64,000 nucleotides of DNA from Chlorokybus atmophyticus (lineage: Eukaryota > Plantae > Mesostigma and Chlorokybus algae): NCBI GenBank assembly GCA_009103225.1, contig RHPI01000671.1, positions 322,838 through 386,837 of the forward strand, read 5' to 3'. Made by a program: the position numbers and the translations under genes. Within the stretch, counting starts at the first letter, position 1, and each line of letters begins with the position of its first letter. The notes below the pieces were generated by a model, which was given only the letters and a program-made list of their open reading frames with translations, was not told the DNA's origin and made no database searches. Positions 55,344 through 64,000 of this stretch are shown piece after piece.

Positions 55344-58300
55344 CTAGATGTCGTCCATGTCCATGTTGGTCAAGTCTTCGACGTCGCTGTCTGAGTTGTC
55401 TGTGTCTTCCCAAGCCCAGGCTTCTGGCATTTGAACACCCGGGTCTGCGTGCATGCTGTTTGATGGTGGTTGAGTACCACCAACTGGCGTTGTTGCATCC
55501 TCAGAGTGGGCTCCATGGTTTTCGCAGCCAAGGCAAGAACAGCTTTGTGTGCATTCCTCGCCAGCTTTCTTGCACTTGCACCTTCGGGTGTTGCACCTGT
55601 TTGCCTTGCAGCCGCATCCACGCATGAGTAGATGGCGCCTAGACTTTGCAGCCGCCATGTTTTCCTGAAGGTCATGCACTGCATACCACACGCCGTCCAC
55701 TTGATGGTAACCATACTCATCCAGTTCTGGCAGATGCATGTCCGAAGTGCAGCTTTGCATCCACATGTTGACCGCGTAAACAGCGCATAGTGCATGCAGC
55801 CATAATGCATCGACTGTTGGGATGCTGTCGCGTGGTGTTGCAGTTGTATTCCACACTGTCTTGTGTATTGCCTCTAGCCAGTCCGACAAGTACACCTTGT
55901 CGCAGGTGGTAGCACCTGCACCGTGCAGCTCAAAGTACAAGGAAGCCGGTGTTCCGCTGTCGAATGATGAACGGTGCTTCTCAAAGTAAGCACATCCGAT
56001 GAGGCGCAGAACAAAGAAGCACATCTCGTGCTCTTCAGTAGTTACACCGCCAGTGATGAATGATGCATGCTGTGCCAACACCGTCCTCGATATGAACTGC
56101 TTCGTTATGCCACCAATGAAGGATGTATACTCACACCCTGTTGCGGCGTACACCAACAGCAGCAGCCAGCCACGCCGCGTTTCTGAGATGCTGTTAAGCT
56201 GATGCATGCTGCGTACATGCAGCTGCAGCTTCGTCAAGCTGACAAACGGTGGGCGCGATCCCGCACGGGAATGCTGAGCAACCTGTACCGTAACTTCCTT
56301 GAAGGACATGTCCAGAGTCTCGCTCATTGCGAGACCAATCATGGTGACATCGGTGTCCGGCGAGAAGATCATCACCCTGTTGTAAGGTGAGTTTTGTGCA
56401 TGAACCCACACGCGTGAATCTGCCTCGCCATGATTGCACATGTAGTCCTCAACATCCATGACAGAGACGTCGTTGCTGCTGCTGCGCGCCACCACACGTG
56501 CATGGTCCCCAACACCGTCCATGTCAGACCCACCAGCCAGCACCAGCTCCTGTTCTGGTCTCAAGTGCAGCGCCACCATGGCTGGCAAGTGCTCAGTAAT
56601 AAGCTGACATAATGATCTTTTCAGGCTGCGATCTTTTAACACATCACGCCATGACTTAGGCAACTCAGTCTCCAAAGTGAGTCGACTGCCAGAAGAAGCC
56701 TCAATTCCGTCACGAGCGCGCTGCAGAGAAGATTTCACCCCTGACTGCAGTCGAGGTGTGTCGAACACAACATGAACGCTCTGGACACTGGGGTTGGCGA
56801 GTCTGTTGACTACACTGGTACGCATTAGGTGTTCAATGTAGTCCTTGATGGTGCCTTGCGCCAAGTGGCACTCTTGGTTAATCAGGAACATGCCCTCCAG
56901 CACGACACATTGCACGCCTGCAGGAGCTGTATGCGACCAGCAGTCTGTGTCATGGGGAGCTATCTCTGCTAAGAACTTGGCCTTGTCTCCAGATCTCATC
57001 TTGCCAGTAAGCTCATCAAATACAGCCCACCGGTGCTCGCAATAACGCGCCATGACCGTCTCATGGTCAGCTCCTGTCGACGCCAGCCGTTTGGCAACCA
57101 ACATCTGCTCGCGGTACTGTTTGAGGACTGTTGCTTGCTTGGTTGTGCGCTTCTTAGCAGGAGCCATGGTGTGGAGGTTGAACCTGCGATTGACTTTGCA
57201 TGCCTGCTCCTCGTTGTAGATGTCCACCTTAACAAAGTTTGTCATCGCCTCCACACCTACTAAGTACTGCCTTGCTAAATTTGCTGATGCGGCAGCTGAA
57301 GCGGGGACACCACTGGTCAGGTGCGTCAGGTATGGTTGAGGTGGCCTCTGCAATGCCCGCGTGTTAATGAGAACTTCCTGCATATGCCTGATGTCACTCC
57401 CACAGTGTGACGCATCTGCGCAGATGACACGGAGCACCCTACTGGCATCATCGTCAGCGTCAGCATCCATGTCAGTAATCCCAGGTGCGTTGTCTAGAAG
57501 CAGCTGCCGTCCTAGTTGCTTCTGTGTGTGACTGCGTTCCCCAAGGTACTGCGACTTCTGTCGCAGCTGCTGCGTTGTGGGATTGCACAGAGACATCTTC
57601 ATGTCTCTGTTTACCTGACACTCGTGCGCCTCATCCAGCGCAACCATCCTGCCTGGTGTACCAGTCAAGCTGATGGCAAAACCCCCATCCGCCAACATGT
57701 CCAGCAGAGATGGAGGCATGACTTGCAGTTCCGCAAGGTGCAGCGTCATCACACGTTGGTAATTGAAGCGATCCCATGCAAATGACAGTGGGCTAAGGCC
57801 CTTCCAGCTTGCCAGCCTCAGGTGCCAGATAAACGCGAACAGAACAAGAAGAGTGCCAGGTAATTAAACATGTCTCTGTTGATGAAGTTCCACCACAAGT
57901 CCCATGTAGCATCCTCCTTTGCCTTCTGCTCACAGAATATTTCAAAGAACTTGCGTGCTGTTGTTGCCATGACTCCATGCAGTCTCAAGTCCTCATCACA
58001 CTGTTCCTTTATGTTGGGAGCTTCATGCCTCCACCAAATGTCATGCATGTGCCTGTACAAAGCCTCCCACACTTTGCACAGGAAGTTGTAGATGCGCTTC
58101 CAATGAGAGCCGTCCAGTAGATGGTTGCGAAATGTTGAGGCTGAGAAGCCACCCTCCACTGCCATCGCATCCATGCCAGCGTCCAAGTAAATCTTCATCG
58201 ACACAGGCTGTGTGTTCATCAACACATGAAAGTCGCCAGGAATAGGCACAACCCAGTCCCAATACCCGGGCTCTGCTCTCTTGAGGGCTACCATGAGGGC

Positions 58301-61300
58301 AAATGTCTTTTGATCTCCCGTTACACATATCTTGCTGTCGGTGTCACTCAACATCACCTTGTTCTTCAATTGCAGCAACGCAATCTTCAAGTTATCAATC
58401 TTGTTGGGACAGAATGGCAGTACTGGCAGGTACTCAATGTCATTCACCACGGGCGGAGGCTCATCATTGGCTATTTGCAGATATCTCGCCCAATCATCCT
58501 TGAGAGGAGGTAAGGATGCCTGCTGCTCTTGTCGCATCCTGAACAGCACAGTGTTGTGCATGGTAACACGGAATGACTCCATAGCGCTCTTCTCTGACGG
58601 CTGCAGATTGAGCATTGGCCCGCTGCGCACTGACACAGGTACCCTCTGGCGTGGTGGTGATGGTGGCATGGACTCAGCCACTGGCTCAGGAATGAGTGCC
58701 TCCGACAGCGTGCGGTTACGTGTTGGCTGCAACAGCACATGCAGGTTAACGTAGCAGTAGTTCAAGACAGTTTAGGAGTTAGAACATGCGGTGCACACAG
58801 CTGTATACATCCACCACAACTGCGCATCAGAAGAGCTCACCTCCAACTCCAGCCGAGCGGACACTTCGCGCCCAGCTATTGAGGTGAGCTGCGTAGATGT
58901 TGCATGTATATCCCCAGTAGTCCTGCCTTTGTACTTTGCTTGATGACCAGCTCGGACGTCCAGGTTGTCGATGGATGCCAGCACATGCCTCCCCGGACCT
59001 GGCTGCAAACGTGCCATCGAGTCCAGGTTATGCGTTGCACGGCGGTGTATATGACGGTCCATGTGACTCCTGCTGGAAGTCACTCCAATGCGATTCAACG
59101 TCTTGATCAACTTGTTGCCCTTACTCAGCATATCAACCGTGTTCGTGATGACCATGTGCACCGGCGACAATGCCCACTTACTACGTGCGTAAATTGCAGA
59201 ATGCATCAAGTACAGGGTCTTGTTACGCAGGATTGCCAAAGAACGTGCATGCCTTGGCCCTGGAGTCTTCACCCGCTCCAGCGCATTGAATCCAGTCAAG
59301 GCGCCAAACACTTTTCTCAACGCCACACCGGAAGCTTCCCACTCCTGCTGCCAGTCCACGAACCGCAGATCATGATTCACTTTGTTGCGCTCTACCATGC
59401 GACGCCGCTCCGCTTCCATGAGATGACTCAGAGTACGCAACAATTTCACGGGAACTTCTTGTGCATCATCATCCACCACACCGGGACCCTTGGACTGCGT
59501 TTATGCAGGCACATCCGTCACCTTCATTGCATGCCGCAATAGACACGCCCATGGGTCTGCCCAAGCTGCTATCAACAGCGTTCCGTGCTGCCTGGCCCGG
59601 TGACAGGTACCACGGCACCTGGCATTCTCGACTGAACCGCACGCACCAGCACCATTGCTTGCCTAATGTTGAACTGTGCCGCCACAGCGGTCAATAGTAC
59701 CACAGCATCCCGTTGCAGCAGCTGCACCGCCACCTCTTTCACAGCACGTGAGAGATCATCTGTCGCTTCCTCTTCCGCAGCTGCGCGCACAACATCCTCA
59801 TACAAGTGGCGAACCTCTTCAGCCACTCTAGCTTCATAAGCTGATTGATTTGTGTGCCTGCTGCTTCGCAAAGTATCGCGCAGGCCTGCCACCACATCCT
59901 CCAACTCCACCAGCTTACAACGGTACCCATCCCGCTCATGTTCCGCCGCCTTGGCAGACTGCCTCTCCAAGTTAGACTGGTCGATCTCTTCCTGCACCCT
60001 CGCCTCCAAGACCTGAGGTAGATATCAATCAGGACTGCTGAGCACTGTTGGTTGCATATGCGTTTTCATCTACACAAGTACACCGCACTGCTGAACGTAC
60101 CTGTGCTTGTTGCTGCAGGTTATCAACCTCCTCCTGCAACTCCTCCAAAGCCTTATCAGTCTCACGTCTCTGTGCTTCAAAATCAGACTCCTTGCGCCTG
60201 AGCAGGTCCTTGCCTTCCTACATCAGCCATCAGATTACACCCAGCCCTGGGCATCAGCCAGGTAGCTATGACGGAACTTACATGGCACTATGAACAACGC
60301 ATCAGCTGCCATGCTCTACATCACACTCACCTCCCATTGCGCGTGCCAGTGCGTCGCCTCTCGCTGCGCACGCAGCAAGGCTTCGTTGTCAGCAGGCACC
60401 GCAGGAGCTGCGTGACATTGTTGCGCAGCAACCATGTCAGCCAACTGCTTCGCCACGTGCTCTCTATCCGCACAAACAGTGTCCAGCTCGGAGGACAAGC
60501 GCTGCACCTCCCTCCGCAAGCACTATGCAGAGTATAACACTATCATTAGGATAAGGTGCAGCCCATCTGAACCAGCTAGGCATGACTGTGTGTCAATCCT
60601 GTACAACATGCCATATGCCTTCTATGTCACACACGGCACACATGCATGACACAGTCCCTGCATACTATCCTATACACTCATCATTTACTTGTAATTGTTA
60701 CAGCCCACACTACAACAACCATAGCAAGTTACACATGTCAGACTTCAGTGCCAGCAGGGTGTACCTCAAGTTGGCTGAACACTCGGGTCTGCCTACACGT
60801 CTGCTCAAATTGCACAGCCTCAGAGTCCACACCCTCGTTGCTCTTAGGTTCTGCACACGCCACACCATAACAATAAAGCACTGCCAGCTGAAAGCCTCAC
60901 ATTATCCAGTTACATCCAATACAATGTCACTACCAGCTACATTATGGATTGCCCAAGAGATAAGCCGAGCAAACTATGTAATCACAGGCACGCACGTCTG
61001 CTGACTAATGACTTCGCCCACCTGGCTGATTACCAGCCGGGGTTTTAGGAGTTTTATGCACATTCTTGTTGGAAGAATGCATCCGCTGCAATGTAGACCC
61101 CAGCAACACACGATTCCCGTTCTGATCGACTCGAGCAAGCGGGTTGTGCTGCGGGTGAAGAGCCTGGGCTGAAGACACTTGCTGTTGAACCGCCGCATTG
61201 TACTGCTTCTGGCGCTTTGACATCTGCGATGAGAAAGGCGCCACGTTTTCTTCGTCATCATCCTCCGATTCAGAGGGATCGAGGTCGACGTCACCTCCTT

Positions 61301-61840
61301 GCCAGGCACCAATATCTGCTAAGGTTGCACAGCACATTACTCATCGACATACACACCATACATCACACCGCCTGTCAATGGTACCTGCGTTAGCTGGCCA
61401 ACTGGAGTGGCCGCCGGCTCGCGCTGTACATGTGCACATTCCTGATGACACAAGATACAGAGTCAGCAAACAGCGCACGCACCAGAACACACACACACAC
61501 ATTGGTACACAATGCAAGGTACTGCATGAAAGCAACCAGCACGTGTCATCAAACAACTCACCGTGCACTTGGGTTGGATGACCAGGTCGTCTCCGTCCCA
61601 ACACCATGTACGACCCAAAACCAAAGCAGCAAAGAACACACTGGTGGTGTTCATACGAGACTTCTGCAGATTCAAGTCCCACTTCAGCTTGTTGACATAC
61701 ACCTTGTCTTCTTTGCGACGACGCTTGGCATAATCCCGCTGGTTGTCACAGCGCTCCCTTCTTTGTTTGTCGAATGCCTCCAACCGCTGCCGCTGCTGCT
61801 CGACTAGACTGACAATCGCCTCCTCACCATCCTCAGCCAT
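55344..61840 (-). CDS. Academ-like transposase polyprotein (N-terminal coiled coil, DDE core, XPG/PIN-like nuclease, C-terminal CXC finger), with one frameshift at ~57820-57865
   Basis: LIKTLNRIGVTSS; ASIDNLD..G..HAT; VTGDQKTF..WVVPIPGDFHVLM; WHLRL...FAWDRFNYQR..LHL; ALDEAHECQVNRDMK; VLEGMFL; VVFD; CNHGEADSR; SPDTDV; ATGCEYTSFIGGITK; PTVDALWLHA; GCGCKANRCNTRRCKCKKAGEECTQSCSCLGCEN. Exons above 59.5 kb are inferred and could be a separate gene. Confidence 0.75.
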
Positions 61841-62243
61841 CACCGCCGCCGCCGCCGCACCGCAACACTGAATGCAACCCCGCCCTGTGCACAAATTTTG
61901 AATGCACACACCGTTGACCTACGCCGATATAACGGATACAAACAGGGCTGTACAACCATAAATCCACGTCGTGCTAGATATACAACGCGAGGCGTAACGG
62001 AGACGAAATAGCTAGAATTACGTCGTCATACACATCGACACAACACCCAAGGCTGATCGACAGCCGTTAGAACTCGTCAGTCGGCGCACCAACAGCGCCG
62101 CTCAACATCGCTGAACACACCGAACGCGACGCATCAGATCAGTGTTTGGTCAGAGTCGTTCACACTCTGTTCGCCTCATTTCACAGGTGTTCTACGTCGC
62201 GAGGCTCGATCGCGGCCGTCCGTCTACTGCAATCGTAGCATAG

Positions 62244-62276
62244 CGGCATAAGCAAAAACCCATTAGCGTCGCGACT
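62244..62276 (-). repeat. Right terminal inverted repeat of the Academ-like element
   Basis: cggcataagcaaaaacccattagcgtcgcgact. Confidence 0.8.
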
Positions 62277-63381
62277 CAAGTGATACCGCCAGTACAACGC
62301 TGACTGCTAGGACTTTTGTTTTGTTTCTTGTTTCCTTGTTGTTCCGATATTAGAACCCAGCCTGTTCCGCTGCTCAGCGGAGACAACAGCGCGCACGAGA
62401 GAAAACACCGACACCACACCTTGACGGCTGCCACGTCACACTCATCGGCGCTCTGTCCCAGAAACTGCTGACATCCGTGACACGTGACTTAACGGCCGTG
62501 TCAGCGCCCTCGTGGACGTCGTCGCCGGGGGTGTGGGCGATGGTCAGCAAGACGGGGAGAGGGTATTAGCTAGACACTGTGTTAGCCAGTGCTGGCGGCG
62601 GCGGCGGCGAGGAGGGCGCAGAGAGAGTCTTGCGAGCTGGTGATCTTTCTCCACCTAACTGGACTGCTGAGCAGCGCATGCACAAGCAGGGTTTGGCAAC
62701 CGCCGCGTGCGCCTCTGAGCTGGTGAGTGTGTCCGCTTGCGATTTGTGTGTTCCAGGTTGCAAATGCTGTACTGCATTCTCGATGTTCGCTGCCATGTGC
62801 TCGGTGTTCAGAGCTGTGCATTTGTGTGTGCATGCAACCTGCGGGGTTCAGGTAACATGTATAGCGCAGTCAACCTGAGGCGAACTTGCACGCGTGGCGG
62901 CGCTGCGAGAGCACTATCTATCTGTGCACATGTTGATAGGAATCATGGCAGTCAACAACGGCCTGACGGTTCAACAAATGCCGCCCACCACGCCAAACAA
63001 CCCAACACAACCCCACAGTTGTGTACACTGCACATGGAGCGCAACATGCACCATAGGGCATCGGCTCTCCTGTCATTGACATTGCAAGGCATGCAACATG
63101 TAGCGTGTGCACCTGTAAGCCAATTCAGGTGTCATCACATAAGCCAATACACGCGTTTGCACACACGTATGACTTCTGATCAGCACGCCTGTAACAGCCA
63201 CGTGCAACATCAAGTTGGTGTAATATTCAGTCCAGAGCAAAACAATGTGCAGTTGGCCTGTGCATTTCTGCAATACACAATCTGTTTGCTCGGTGCACAA
63301 GATCATGCTGTTATTTCATCACCAGTGGTTACATCTCTTCAGTCCAACAACCTGTGACACAAGGGAAAGAAAACCGTCGCA

Positions 63382-63942
63382 ATGAAGATCCTGGCCTACC
63401 TCAGCTTCAACGGCGACTGCGAAGCAGCCTTCAAGTTCTACGAGCGCTGCCTGGGGGGTAAAGCCACCCTCATGACCCACAAAAGCGCACCCATCGACAC
63501 TCAGGTACTGGATGTGTATTAACATTACGCATTGTCTCAGCCACACCGCTGCCTTCCTTGTTCCAACAAGGAACAGTGCAGTGCATGCAGCTCTGAAGTA
63601 ACACTACAACTATCCCCTGCTTGCGCTCAGGTGCCCCCTGAGTGGGAGAACAAGATCATGCATGCGGCTCTGATGGTGGGCAATGAAGCTGTCCTGATGG
63701 GCGGCGATCCTCCGCCCTCCCACTACACGAAGCCCCAAGGGTTTTGCGTCAACCTCAGCGTGGACAAGGCTGAGGAGGCGGAGAAGCTGTTTCAGGCGCT
63801 GAGCGAGGGCGGGACCGTCACAATGCCGCTTGCACCGACATTCTGGGCGCAGCGCTTTGGCATGTTCACCGACCGCTTCGGCATCCCATGGATGATCAAC
63901 AGCGAGGCACCAGCAGCAGCATCCAGCGCTCCCGATGCGTGA
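63382..63942 (+). CDS. PhnB/YjdN-like VOC protein, copy 2, 2 exons, 144 aa
   Basis: Exon 63382-63504 MKILAYLSFNGDCEAAFKFYERCLGGK...DTQ; intron; exon 63631-63942 VPPEWENKIMHAAL...TFWAQRFGMFTDRFGIPWMIN. The intron is at the same position as in copy 1. Confidence 0.93.
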
Positions 63943-64000
63943 CATGCGTACGCGCTGATTGTCAGCATTGTACAGACAACCTGCTCCTCTGTACCATACT

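Larger units (their letters stand above)
51092..62276 (-). mobile_element. Academ-like (AcademX-type) DNA transposon, ~11.2 kb, carrying a methyltransferase cargo gene
   Basis: Inverted termini agtcgcgacgccaatgggt...gcttatgccg (51093+) and cggcataagc...acccattagcgtcgcgact (to 62276). Flanking CAA at 51089-51091 and 62277-62279. The flanks join colinearly with the uninterrupted paralogous sequence at ~37400-37450. Encodes DDE + XPG/PIN-like + Cys-rich CXC domains. Confidence 0.8.

Overview
Eukaryotic nuclear DNA with many short spliceosomal introns and abundant microsatellites. The plant/chlorophyte-like ATG13, AIP1, ORMDL and MAPK proteins suggest a green alga (inference). There are two N-gaps. 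Host genes: 3' part of ATG13 (+), AIP1/WDR1 (+), an atypical MAPK-family kinase (-), ORMDL (-), a small Gly/Pro/His-rich protein (+), and two intron-containing copies of a bacterial-type PhnB/VOC gene in inverted orientation. Mobile DNA: an apparently intact multi-exon Crypton tyrosine-recombinase gene flanked by satellites (16.9-19.9 kb), a decayed Helitron (about 21.3-26.3 kb), and an 11.2-kb Academ-like DNA transposon (51092-62276). The Academ-like element has terminal inverted repeats and a 3-4 bp target duplication, and its empty site is visible in the mirror arm of a large inverted duplication in the same window. The main discovery candidate is cargo inside that element: a spliced gene fusing a Tudor (methyl-lysine reader) domain to a phage/actinobacterial-type C5-cytosine DNA methyltransferase. 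All exon models and family calls come from manual reading and motif recognition; no database searches were run.
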